Shown here one piece after another: positions 43,375-55,293 of a DNA stretch of 64,000 nt. The notes under the pieces were generated by a model. That model was not told the origin of the DNA, did no database searches, and saw nothing but the letters and a program-made list of their open reading frames with translations. This DNA comes from Thecamonas trahens ATCC 50062. Lineage: Eukaryota > Protista > Apusomonadida. The stretch lies in the NCBI RefSeq assembly GCF_000142905.1, contig NW_013657665.1, forward strand, positions 62,001 through 126,000. The letters run 5' to 3'. Position numbers and translations under genes: made by a program. Position 1 is the stretch's first letter. Each line of letters starts with the position of its first letter.

Positions 43375-44988
43375 TTACCACCCGCCCCGCCGGTAGTTGG
43401 GGTCGTACTTGATCCCGTTGCTCTCCAATAGCGCAATGAACGCCTTCTTGTCGGTCCGCTCCAGCCGCCGCTGGTAGTCGAGCTCGCCGGGCATCCAAAG
43501 CGTGCCGGTCCGCCGCGCACGCGCCTTGAGCTCGGCCGATGTTGCGCCCGTCTCGCGCGTCTGCCAGTTCCACCACACCGAGCACGACGAGCACTGGATG
43601 ACGTTGCAAATCCCAAAGTCTTTCATGATCAGCATGGCGCACTTGGGGCACTCACGCATCTTGCCCTCCGCCACAAGCTGCGCAATCGAGTCGTCCTCGG
43701 CTGGCCGCGGCCGCTTGACCCACTGCGAGTGGCTGCACACGCTGCACACCCGCGGCTCTCCCGGGTAGTGCTCGCCAGCCTCGGCCGGCGCCCCGGCCCG
43801 CGCCGTAGACTCGGGCCCGGCGCTCGCCCACACCTCCTCGGCCGCCGCCTCGCGCTCGGCGCTCTGCACAAATCCGTAGCAGCAGCCCTCGCCGTCACAC
43901 GCGATCCACGCCGGCGAGCCCGCGCAACGCTTGCTCAGCACCGCCACCGCAAGCCGCGCAAGCTCGCCGCCACTCAGCCCGGAAGCCTCAAAATCGTCCG
44001 GCGCAAGAAGCTCCTGGCACGCCCCTCCCGGGCATGGGATCCACGGCATGACGTCACCGTCGTCGACACGATGGACCACGTACGCCCGGAAGCAATCGCT
44101 GCAGAGCACACAGTGCCCGCACGCGCTCGTACGCAGCGGCGCCACCGCATCTCCAAAATCCGAGCAGCAGATCGAGCACATGCCAGTCTCGGCCTCGTCT
44201 ACCGCCGCCACCGGCTCGGCCTCGATCGTCTCAAACAGCCGTCGGACCATCTCCATCATGGTGCTGCGACCATTCGCGCTCGTTTCGGACGCCGAGCCTT
44301 GTGTAGCCATCGCCTCTCGCGCGGCGGTGCGGAACATCCGCAGCACATCGTTGTCCGGCACCACTTCCGGCTCTGGCGCGGCCGCAGCACTCGCTGATGA
44401 CGCTGACGATGATGAGCCGCTACCCGAGCTTGACGACTCGTCTGCGAGTCCCTTTGCCTTCTTGGACGACCGCGAGCACGTCTTGTGCTCGCGCTCGCCC
44501 TTCGGATTGGTCTTGGAGACCGATGCGCCAGCCACGTACGCTACCGATGCCGGCGGCACCACCGGCGGAGAGACAAATCCGCCGCCAACACCAAAGCCAC
44601 CGCCAACCAGCGAAGTAGCCATCGTTGCCCCGCCGACACCGCGTCCAGCACTCGCCCACGGCCCGGGCACGACCGAACCGTCAGGCGCCACGCATCGCAC
44701 AGCCCGAACGTAACCCGATGCGAGGTTTGTCTGAGTATGATTAGCCATGTCAACCGAGTACTTTCCATGTAATGAGCGCAGGACGACGACAGGTCCATCG
44801 GCGGTCGCCAGCTCTGCCTGGGCCTCGGCATGGTATGGCTGGAAGCCGCCGTCGCCGTCAAAATGCCACAGGGGTGCCGACGAGTCGGACCGGCGAGTGA
44901 GGCAGACCTCGCAGACGAGAAAGTGCGCATTGCCATTGACAAACGTACATGCGCTGCATGTCCATCCGCCTCCCGTTGTGTCGGTCAT
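43375..44988 (-). CDS. RanBP2/NZF zinc finger + WWE + RBR-type E3 ubiquitin ligase
   Basis: ZnF WTCSACTFVN...CEVC; WWE WHFDGDGGFQPY...YSVDM...QTN...RAVR; RING1 CSICC...CGH..CSDC...CPGGAC; IBR-like WIAC; RING2-like RECPKC...ICNVIQCSSC. Confidence 0.82.
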   Translation of the reverse strand: MTDTTGGGWTCSACTFVNGNAHFLVCEVCLTRRSDSSAPLWHFDGDGGFQPYHAEAQAELATADGPVVVLRSLHGKYSVDMANHTQTNLASGYVRAVRCVAPDGSVVPGPWASAGRGVGGATMATSLVGGGFGVGGGFVSPPVVPPASVAYVAGASVSKTNPKGEREHKTCSRSSKKAKGLADESSSSGSGSSSSASSASAAAAPEPEVVPDNDVLRMFRTAAREAMATQGSASETSANGRSTMMEMVRRLFETIEAEPVAAVDEAETGMCSICCSDFGDAVAPLRTSACGHCVLCSDCFRAYVVHRVDDGDVMPWIPCPGGACQELLAPDDFEASGLSGGELARLAVAVLSKRCAGSPAWIACDGEGCCYGFVQSAEREAAAEEVWASAGPESTARAGAPAEAGEHYPGEPRVCSVCSHSQWVKRPRPAEDDSIAQLVAEGKMRECPKCAMLIMKDFGICNVIQCSSCSVWWNWQTRETGATSAELKARARRTGTLWMPGELDYQRRLERTDKKAFIALLESNGIKYDPNYRRGGW

Positions 44989-45119
44989 GCTGGGTGTGGG
45001 CGCGCGGGGGGATGGGGTGAGATGGGTGTGGGCGCGCGGGGGGAGGGGGAGGCCAAGGAGAAGGAAGTCCGACAGGAGAGGGCGGCCGAATGGAAAAACC
45101 AGCAGTGGGGAGGGCACAC

Positions 45120-45298
45120 ACTCTTGGTTGCCGCCCGAGCGGTCGCTCCGCTGGCTCGACGGCTTGAGATTTCCTCGCATTTACTGTGTTGGCCATCTTT
45201 TGCCAGCACACCGTGCCAATTGGCACGGTGATCCGCGTGTACGTGAGCGCCGTTCAACGGCTCGCGTACAAACGAAATCAAAGAAAGGATTGGTCGCC
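45120..45298 (+). ncRNA. Dispersed structured element, copy B (candidate ncRNA or SINE-like repeat)
   Basis: Inverted homologue of 11670-11850, lying in the gap between the BIRC6 stop and the RBR start. Confidence 0.5.
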
Positions 45299-45483
45299 TA
45301 GATGGCGCGCGTCGTCGTCGTCGCGCATCGACTGTGTCGACGCCATCAGAGCTCTTAGCAAAGTAAGATGTTAGCCGCTTCGCTTCGCATAGCCGGCTGC
45401 GAGTGCTAACGACTCGTGGCAGTCGCGGCAACAATTAATTGGGGGAACGCGCGGGCGCTTGGCATCCTTGACGTTTACACATG

Positions 45484-48400
45484 CTAGAGGGCAAAGACCT
45501 GCTCCAGCTCGTTGTCCTCCATCTCGAGCTCTTCGGAGAGGAGCTCGGGCGGAGTCATGGCTTCAAACTCGGCGCGGATTTCGGTCTCGAACTTTTCGAT
45601 CTTGGAAAGGTAGTTCGAGTTCTGCGCGCCAGCGGCGCACGACTTCCAGCGCGCCGCCATGGCAAGGATCTCCTTGCGCTTCATGTAGAGATGGGCGCGG
45701 ATAACGTCCTCAAAGCCTTTGGGCGGGTTGCGCAGCTGCCCGAGGATGGCCGTCTGCAGTGTGTAGGTGTAGATGTTGAGGGTGTAGCTGAGGTTCTCGG
45801 CGTCGCCCGACGGCGTGCCGCGCGACGACTCGTAGCCGGGCTCGTTGAAGTACGGCTCGGGCACCATGATGAGCGACTGGATCGAGACGAGAACCTGGAG
45901 GAACGTCGACGTAGCCTCGTTCCACATCTCGGACGCGTCACCGTCCCACGTGCCGAGCAGCGAGAGACAGACCTTGCCATTGGCATACAGGTTGGGGTTG
46001 AACCGCTGCGTCCCGTTGGCGTTCGTCTCCATGTTGACCAGCGGCGGTGACTTCGGGTAGGCGTCCGGGAAGAAGATGTGGAACTCAAAGCATCCGTTCT
46101 CGTAAGGCGTGCCCTCAGGGCCAATGATCATCGCCTTCCACACATCCATCCGCTCCTCGTCGATCCGCACAAAGACCGACGAGTCGAACGAGAGCGGGAG
46201 TGAGCCCGAGATGCCAGACGCCTCCTGCGCCAGCCGCATCATCTTGCTCTTCACGTCGCCGCCCGATGAGCTGATGCTGCTCGCATAGTGGTGCTTGCTG
46301 TACCCGCCGCTATCCTGCATATCCATCTCGTCAAACTGCTGGTCCTCCATAAACTGCATGTAGAGCTCGATCTTGCGCGCATCATCCTCGCCCTCGCCCT
46401 CGGCTGCCTCCTTGCCCTTGCCCGAGCTCGCTGCCACTGCTGCTCCGTCACCGCCACCCTTCTTCGCCTTGGTAAACTCCTTCATCCGCGCAGAGCACAC
46501 CTTGAACGTCGACATGATTGCTGCTGCAACAGCCTTGCCAGCGTCTTGCGACGCCGCAGTCTCGTCGCCCAACCCGATGCCTCGGCCCGCACCAGCTGCT
46601 TCCCCATCCTCAGACTCGGCCTCGTCGTCCGACTCGGTCTCGGCGCCGTCGTCTGCAGCAGCCGGCTCCGCCTTGGGATCGGCGTCAGCCGCCTCTTCTG
46701 CAGCCGGCTCCTTGCCATTGCGCTTACCCTTCTCGCTGTTGCCCTCGATCTTGTTGACCGTCTTGAGGAACATCGACGCGCACGAGTGCAGCTTCTTCAG
46801 CAGCGCAAACACACTCGTCGCCTCGCCCTCGAGGTCGTCAAACAGCGCTAGCGTCACGTCGTGCGAGCAGAGCGCCTCGACCAGCCGCATCAGCGCGAGG
46901 TAGATCGACTTGTGTTTGGCCATGTCTAGCAGCGAGTCGTTGCGGAGGTACGAGCCCACAAACGGCACGAGGCACGAGCCCTCCAGCAGCGTGAACAGCG
47001 AGTCTGGCACGCTCTTGGCAAGAACGCACCCGGTGACCGTGTCGAGGAGCAGACCGACCCGCCGCTCGCGCTCGGCCATCTCCTCGGCGTACTTGGACTG
47101 ATCCCATGCGGTCTCGGCCGTCGAGCCTGTTCCGTACCCGGTGCCCTTGGCCCAGTACTCTTGCTTGTCTGCGTTCTTCTCGCGCTCGCGCTCAAGCTTG
47201 GCCTTGCGCTCCGCGTCGGCCTTGTCTTTGGCCGCCTGCTGCTCCGCCGTCAGCCGCCGCGGCTCGGTCGAGGTCAGCTCCGAGATTCGTGCCAGCACCG
47301 CCCCAAGCACCCCGTTCGAGATGAGGCTCTGCCGCATCTCCACGTCGCTCGAGATCGTGAGCAGCGAGCTGAGCACGTCCAGGAACATGTCCTTGGCCTT
47401 GTCCGTTGGTGATGGCCCATCTGCCGCGCTCGTCCCCGAGCTCGCCTTGGCCTCGGCCACCTTCTTGGCCGCAGCCTCCACACCCGCCAGGTACCGCGGT
47501 ATGGCCACGCCCATTGACTTGAAAACAAGGTGCATGCACGCCGGCGACGCCAGGAACGCCCCAGCGTACCCAGGCACGTCCAGCAGCAGCTGGAGCTCGG
47601 TAAGCGCAGACGATGTCAGCTTGCCTGACGCCCGCGACGGCTCAACCCCGTTGTAGCTCGCCGCTACCATCTGCAGTAGCTGCCCGAGCCCGCCGGCGCT
47701 TGCAAACGCGTTGACGGCCTGCGGCAGCCGCACAAACGGCGACTCGCGCACGTCGATCTCGCTCCGGCTCACCACCCGGCACTCGCTTGTCCGCTCGACG
47801 TAACGCAACTCAGCAACGCCCGGGCCGCTGTCCGGAACCACAAGGTGGCCCACGCGAGTCTTCTTGCGCAGCACCGCCGTCGTCGGTCCGTCAATCCGCG
47901 CAAAGCCACACGACGCAGGCACCTCTTTGCCCTGCAGCGCAGTCAGGAGCGTCTGTCCGCCAGCCGAAAAGACCGGGTTGACATGCGCTGCAACCACGCC
48001 CGACGGCACGCTCGCCACCTTCTCCTTCAGCCGCGCCATCATGCCCTTGGTCGCTGCCGAGCTTGCGCCGTCGGCTCCCGGCTCGCTGCCGGGGCCGCCG
48101 AGCATCCAGACCTCGGCCGTGACCACCGTAAAGTTGTACTGGCTTGTGACCTTGGAGCCTGGCGCCTCGGCGCATTGGTACGTGTACATGTTGGCGTAGT
48201 TCGACGACGTTGACGCGAACGAGTACGAGAGATCGTGTCCGCCGCCAAAGGCAAAGTACGCCGAGCCTGTCGAACAAGAGTACAGGAACTGGTTGTTGTA
48301 CGCGTTGGTCGGGAGGAAAACTGACGAGTTGGTGCAGTTGAAGAGGAAGCAGTTCTCGTCGCCAAAGTACTGGTTCTGCAAGTTGTGCGCCTCCACGTTG

Positions 48401-51400
48401 ACCGAGCAAAAGCCTCCAAACACCTCGGTCGGCGTCGAGATGACAAACACAAACGGCCCGGCGCCCACAATGGCATCAAAGAACTCGGTGGCCCCACCGC
48501 TCGACGAGTCCCACCGCTTCCGCCACGCTGCAGGCAGCTTAAGCCCCGGCACCCCGCGGTCCTTGATCCATCCGTTGAGCATCTTGGCGTGCCGCCCGTT
48601 GATCACCTTGGAGCCTGCAAAGTACTCGGTTGGCTCCAGGCTGCGCTGCGATGTCCGGAACGCAAGCTCGAGCGGTTCCGGCGACGCCGTAACCACAAAC
48701 CGTTCGTCTTCGAGCACTGCGGCGCCCAGGAGTGCCACCAGCACCGCCGACGGCTTACCCGCGCCCATGCCCTCGAGCGCGCTCACCACCGTGCGAGCCA
48801 GCACTTGCTGCTCAACTCCGTCGTTCGTGCTTATCGTCTTGAGGAGGCCGCCAAGAGCCTCGGCCGAGGACAGTGGCACCGGCACCGCTGCCTCCTCCTT
48901 GCCCTTGCCCTTGTTGCCGACGTCATCGCTTGCCTTGATCCCAGCCACCACGCCGTCGACCACAACAGTGTACAGCTCGCCAGCCGGCGCCACCAGCGCC
49001 GCCCGCCCAGCACTTGTCATGGCCAGGCCGGAGAGAACCGCCGCCATGCGCCCGGCCTCGGCCCAGTGCGAGCCGGCCAGCGCGCTCTTCAGCGCGTCGC
49101 GGATCCGGGTCACCACCCCGTTCGCGATCATCCACGCGCTGCGCTCCTCGGCGCCAACAAGAGCTTCCAGAATATGGAACCGCGGGTCGAGCGCTGCGCT
49201 GGCGCTGCTCGCCTCGGCAGCCGCAGCGGCCACAGCCTCGTCTGGCAGCTCGCCGAGGCGCGCCACGCTCTCCACTGCCGCCATGGTGACATCAGTCCCC
49301 AGAATGCCCGCGTAGGCATCAACCATCTTGGCCGCACACACCGCATCCTCGCGCGAGGTTCCGGCCGACGTCGCCCACTCGGTGAGCGCAACAACCGCGC
49401 CGGCGTTGACATCCTCGGGCACATAGCCCGAGACCCGCAGCGCATCCGCCAGTCCGCCCACAAACGGCGCGAGAGAAAACCTGGCCTCGCTCGCGTTGGC
49501 AAGCTTGCTCGCCAGCCACTTGTACGCGTAGGCAACCTTGGAGCTCTCGTCCTTGGACCAGCACACCATGCTCACCATCTCGGCATGCGTCTCAGTCAGC
49601 TCGCTCCCCGAAAGCGTCTTCTCCAGAAAGTGGAGCCCAAGATCGAGCGAGTGCCGTGCCAGGCCAAGCAGGACCGGGAGCGCCGACGATCGTGCGCCGG
49701 CAGGCGTCGCACACACCTCGAGCAGCTTTTGCATCAGCGACGTCGCTTGATCGCGCGAGACAAGACGCGCAAACAGCGAGTCTGACATAGCACACACGTG
49801 TGCCATGTACCGCATCACGCCTGCCATCGACAGCTTGGCCACGCGCGCTTTGCCGCTCCCAGCCGCCCCGTCGACATCGGCCGCATCCGCAGCCGCAAAG
49901 TTCTGCGCCCGGATCGCCAACGACGTGATCTGCAGCGACATGCCGGCCGCAGCACCTGGGTGCATCATGACCCGCAGCTTGAGGTACTTGGCCCGGTGCG
50001 ACGGTGGAAGGTTGAATGTCGGTGGCGTCGCGCCCATGTTGTACACCTCTACGCCCACAGGCTCAAACCGCTTGCTCTCATGCATCGAGAGCTCCAGAAT
50101 CGCAAAGAACGCCGAAGAGCCATTTGGCTGCACATTAACGTTCACGCTTCGCACAAGCATCGCCGACGGCAGCTTGACCGTCACGTAGTGCTCGCTCTCG
50201 CCTGCACCAAACGGAACGGACCAGGTGCCCGACGACGTTCCCACCAGGTATGCTGCATACCCGGTCGACTGCGAGATCACAGAGCACTCGCCCGAGACAA
50301 CACGGACAGTTGAGTCGCCGCCCGTGCTGGGACTTGACGAGTTGCCCGAGCTAACCTGCTTGACCGCAAGCCCAAACTCTGACGAGGTCGGCAGCGCTGC
50401 ACCAGTCACCGCCGCAGACGCATCTCCCTGGCTCGCACTGATACTGGTCTTGGCACCGGCCGCACTTGCGCTCTTGTTGCTGGCATCGCCCGGCACCAGC
50501 GAGACAAGCGTGTCGAGGCCGCCGAGCTCCGCAAATGCGTTGGCAGCTTCCTTCGACTTGATCAGACTCATCATCACCGCCAGCACGTTCTCGGCCACCG
50601 GTGCCGCGTTTGTCCGTGTCGACTGGGTCAGATGCATCGCTCGCGCGCCCTTCTCGCTCGACAGCACCTGCAAGCACCCGGCGACGGCAACCTGTGCCGC
50701 CTCTGCGTTCTCGCCCAGGAACGCCATCAAGTCGCGTGCCTTGTTGGCAAGCGTCCGCGCCGACCGCAGCTCGACAAACGAGACCACAATGCCAAGGGCC
50801 ACCGGGTCAACTGCAGCGAGTAGCACGCCTGAGCTCGTCTCGGGCGCGGGATGTGCGACGAGTGCAGCGAGGATGCCCAGCAGCGCGCCGGCGAGCTCCG
50901 CCGCGTGCGTCTGGACTGCCGACGTCGCCTTGATGCCGCCCGCCTCGTCAGAAATCTTGTAGCCCGACATGGCCAGGCAGATGAGATCAAGGACTGCGTC
51001 GCCGAGCGCCGCAACCGAGGCCGTGCTCACTTGCACACCCGTCAAAGCCTTGTCCTCACTCTCGCCGTCGCTGATGCTGGCCTGCAGCGTCGACACCATC
51101 GACGAAAACACCAACATCGTGCCCGGCGCCTCCAGAACCGTAGGCCAGAGCGCCAGCACCAGGTCCACGAGCGCCTGCAGCGCCTCGGCTGAGGTTTTGA
51201 GCGCAGACACAATCGCGTTGATCGAGTTCATCACCGCGAGCGCGCCCGGGTGCGCGAGCGCCACAGGCAGAACCTCGCGCGCCACGCCCACAAGCACATC
51301 GCCTGAGCAAGTGGCAAGCATGTTGAGCACAAGGTTGAACTCGTAGACCGCCGGAGGCGGTTGGGTCTGCAGGAACGCAGCCAGCGCGCCCACGTTCTCC

Positions 51401-54400
51401 GGCGAGAGCGATGGGTATGCGCCATCCCGGGCCTTGCCCTTGACCGTCGCGTCGACTGCGGTCGACATGATCGACAGCAGTTCGCTCGTTGCAGACGCAG
51501 ACAGCTCGTCAGGCTTGGCCAAGAGCTTGGCCACCCGCGTCACCACAAGCTCACGGACCCGAAGCTTCTCCTCAGCTTCGGTTGCCTTGGCCTCCGCGGC
51601 AGCAATGGCTGCAGTCTTGGCGGCCTCGCCGTCGTCGTCACCCTTGTCGGTGGCCTCGCCAGACCCGTCGCCCATGTCGCTGTCCGCCACCGACGCCTTT
51701 TTCTCGGCATCGGCAGCGGTCAGAGCCTTGAGCTCGGCGTAGTTGATCGAAGCCACGCCGTTGAGGTTGATCGGCGACGTCGATGGCGCAAGGTTGGCGA
51801 CAACTTTGGCCACCATGTCGGAAACCGTAGCATCGCTCGAGCTGGCTCCCCCGGCCGAGCTTGACGAGCTGCTTGACGCCGGCGACGATGACGGCGTCTT
51901 GACGAGGATCTTCTCCACGCCCATGTAGGCGTTGCCCGGTGCGAGCGTGATGCCGACGCCGGTGTGGACTGGCGCCGGCGTGGACCCGCTCGCGCTGGCG
52001 GCAAAGAGACCCTTGGACCACGGGAGCGAGCCCGAGTCGGCCCAAGCCGCCGAGCCCGACGAGCTTGACGCGCCCGAGCCAGAACCGGCCTCGAACGAGG
52101 TCAGCGCCCGCATCATGTCCGACACCGCTGACGCTACCCACGCATCTGCCGTCATGCTCGCTGAATAGACCGACGAGACCAGCTCGTCAAACGAGGACTC
52201 GCCAAAGAGCATGACCACATCCGAAGCCCGGAGCAGACTGGCAGTGGATGAAATAAGCTGGGCAATGATGACCACCAGCGAGCCGTCGGCCGCCACCGGC
52301 GGCGACGCCAGGAGCTCAGACAGCAGGCCGAGGAGCTTGTCCGAGACCACCGCGTCGGCTACCGCAGGCTTGATTGCATTCGACGTCCGCTTGACAATGT
52401 CAGTGAGGAAGAGCAGCGACCAGCCGAGGAACTCGAGGTCCAGCGGAGAAACCACCAGCAGCTCGCGGATTTCCTTGATGATCACTGTCGTGAGGGTGGC
52501 CACTGCCGACGGTGAGACCAGCGCGGCGACGAGCGGGAACGCCGTCGCCCGGGTCCTGGTGTCGGTCTCCGACGAATGGCGGAAGAACCTGGAGAGCAGC
52601 ATCGCCGGAAGCGGTGCAAAGTCATCGCCCATGAACGCACCCACCACCGCCTGCAGGTACGTCATCGCCGCCTTGGTCACCTGTACGGGCCCAGCCATGC
52701 AGAACTGTTCAAAGATGGTGGCGGCATCGTCGAGCGAGGGCTCAAAGGCCACCGCTAGCTTCTGGACCTTCTTAGTACTGCCATCGTCGCCCGTTCGGAT
52801 CTCGACGGTCTTGAGCGGCACTCCGTTTGCAGGCATGAGGAGGAAGAACAGCTCAGCGAGCAGCTGCTTGCCATGAACACACTCAAAGGCATCCGTGTCG
52901 GCGAGCGGGCCGCGGGATTCGGCCAGCGCCGGTGGTGGCTCGGTCCATGCCTCGGCGCTTCCGCACATGGCGATGTCTTCGCGGGCGGCGACGTCGCGGC
53001 GGATCTGGAGCAGCAGTCGATGCGAGCAGAATCGGGTGGCCACCGCTGCCAGCGCCGACTTGTACAGCGCCTGGGTGTTGAACGCAGCGTCACTGTCGCA
53101 AGCCTCGCCTGTCAGTGCCGTAGCCACGGACAAGGCCTCGCGGAGCTGCTCCTGAGCGGCGACAGCAGCGGCTGCAGCCTCAGCCGCTGCAGCTTCGCGC
53201 TCGGCGAGCGCAGTCAGCTGCGCCTCAAGCGGCGCTCCTGGTGCCGGCACGTTGGCCACGCCGTACACGCCCGAGATGCTCATGGTGCCGTGGTACGACG
53301 CCATCCACTTAAAGTGGAGGAAGCGGACAACAACAGGGCCCTCAACGACTTCGGTGTGGTCGGCCGAGAGCTGCGACGACCCGAGGAGCTTGGTCGCACC
53401 GGCAGGGATGTGACCCGAAGCCGCGCTGGCGTGGGCAGCGTCGAGCGCCTCGGTCGACCCGCCGTCGACGTTCCAACCGAGGATGGAGAGACCCATGACA
53501 TACGAAGTGTTCGGCAGCGTGATGAGGTCAAGACGCGTGGGCGTCCCAAGATCAAACGCGACCCAGAACGGGACGGTGGACGAGATGTTGTAGTCACCAA
53601 AGCGGATGGTCTTTGTCGAGTACGACGCGCCCTTGGCTGAGCCAATGCAGGTCAGCGAGTCGGTGATGTCGTACGTGTCCCACAGCTGGGCCGCGTGAAG
53701 CTGCTTAGTCGAACTGTGCAGGATCGAGATCGGCGCAAACGCGTTGCTCACCGTGTTCGCCATTGCCGTCGAGTGCAGCGCAGAGTCGACCACCACCAGC
53801 GGTGCCACGTGCTTGTTCAGCAACACGCCGGGGTTGTACTCGGGATGGAGCGCGGAGAGCTGGGCTCTGGCCGGATCACCTGCCTCGGCTTCCGCCAACT
53901 CACGGCCCAGATCGCAGAGTGCGTTCTGCGCTGCCGAAAACGCGAGAGGGCCAAACGCGTCCCAATTCGACTGCAGGATGCGGATGACAGCCTTGGCGCC
54001 GTCGAGTGTCGTCTTCCGCGCAGTAAGTGCCGCCACTGCCTCGCCCACCAGCGAGTTGATCGTCTCGCGCAGCTCGTCGTCGGTCACATCCGCCGCCTGT
54101 GCCCGCGCGGCCAGCGCGAGCTGTAGCAGCGTCGCCGCCGAAGGCACAACCTCGGATGGTGCAGAGAGTACGCCGTTGACAAGCAGCTTGTCCAGCTCAA
54201 TGCTGCCAAGGAGTTCGATCTGCGCCTCGCTCAGCTGGCCGGCCACTGTCGGAAGCACATTGTTGAGAATCCGCGCCGCGGCCTCCAGCCGGCTCGGCAC
54301 AGCAGACTCCATGTTGAGAACCTGCACAAGCTGCGCTTGCAGCGCCGCCGACTCGGAGACTATCGGCAGCGCATCGACAGCCCATGGCGCTGCGTCCACG

Positions 54401-55262
54401 CGCTCGCGGATCTCCAGCCAGAACGTGAGCAACGCGTACGGTGCGTCTGGCTTAACCTTGGCCTTGGGAGCAGTACCAGTGACAGTGTTCGCCAGCTCCT
54501 TGGATGGCGCGATCTTCGTCTTGGGCAGCTCACCCGAAGTCGGCATCGGGGGCGGGGGCGGGGGCGCACTCTTGCCATCAGCATCAGCATCCGCCGCGTC
54601 TGCGTCTGCAGCTGCAGCCGTCTCCTCGGCCTCGCCTTCGGTCTCGGACTTGTCAGCGCTTGCTGCCGCGGTCGCTGCCTCGGCCTCGGCCTCGTCCTTG
54701 GCTTCGTCCTTAGCCGCAGCCGCAGCCGCAGCCGCAGCTTCGGCCGACAGCTCTTCGTCGGTGATGATCGGGGTGAACGACACGTGGAGCGAGGAGATCG
54801 GCCCGGCGTGCATGATCGGAACAGTGAGGACCCGCTCGGCGGCCGACGGCGCCGTCAGATCCTTGAGGTTGACTTCCATCTCGACCCGGAGCGAGGAGCT
54901 GGTCTCGGAAGTGTACGCCGAGCGTGCCTCGGAAATAACCAACTTGTACATCCGGTCGGCATGCGGCGAGGACGCCTGGATGCCCTTGCGGAACTGGAGC
55001 TTCAGCGAGATCGAGTGCAGAATGGTTGGATTCTCCAGTCGCGCCCGCGCCACCACGGGCGAGTTCTGCTTGGCGTCGGTTGACGTCGCCACAAGGCAGC
55101 TCGTCGTGTGAAAGCCCGCCCCCCGCACGGTGAACACTGGATGCACATCGCCTTCAAAACTGAGCGGGCGTGAAACAAGCGCAGCGCCGAGTCCTGCCAG
55201 CGCCTGGACCGTGAGTGCCGACGTGTCAGAGACTGTAGGCGTCGGTGTCGGCGTGGCAGCTT

Positions 55263-55293
<31 letters not shown>

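Noticed and set aside
45120-45298. HDV-like ribozyme reading of the structured element (TCCTCGC resembles L3; CGAAA-TCAA resembles J4/2-P2)
   Set aside because: P3 cannot pair (ATT versus ATT/TTT), the P1 spacing is wrong, and copy A has no matching P1 5' strand.
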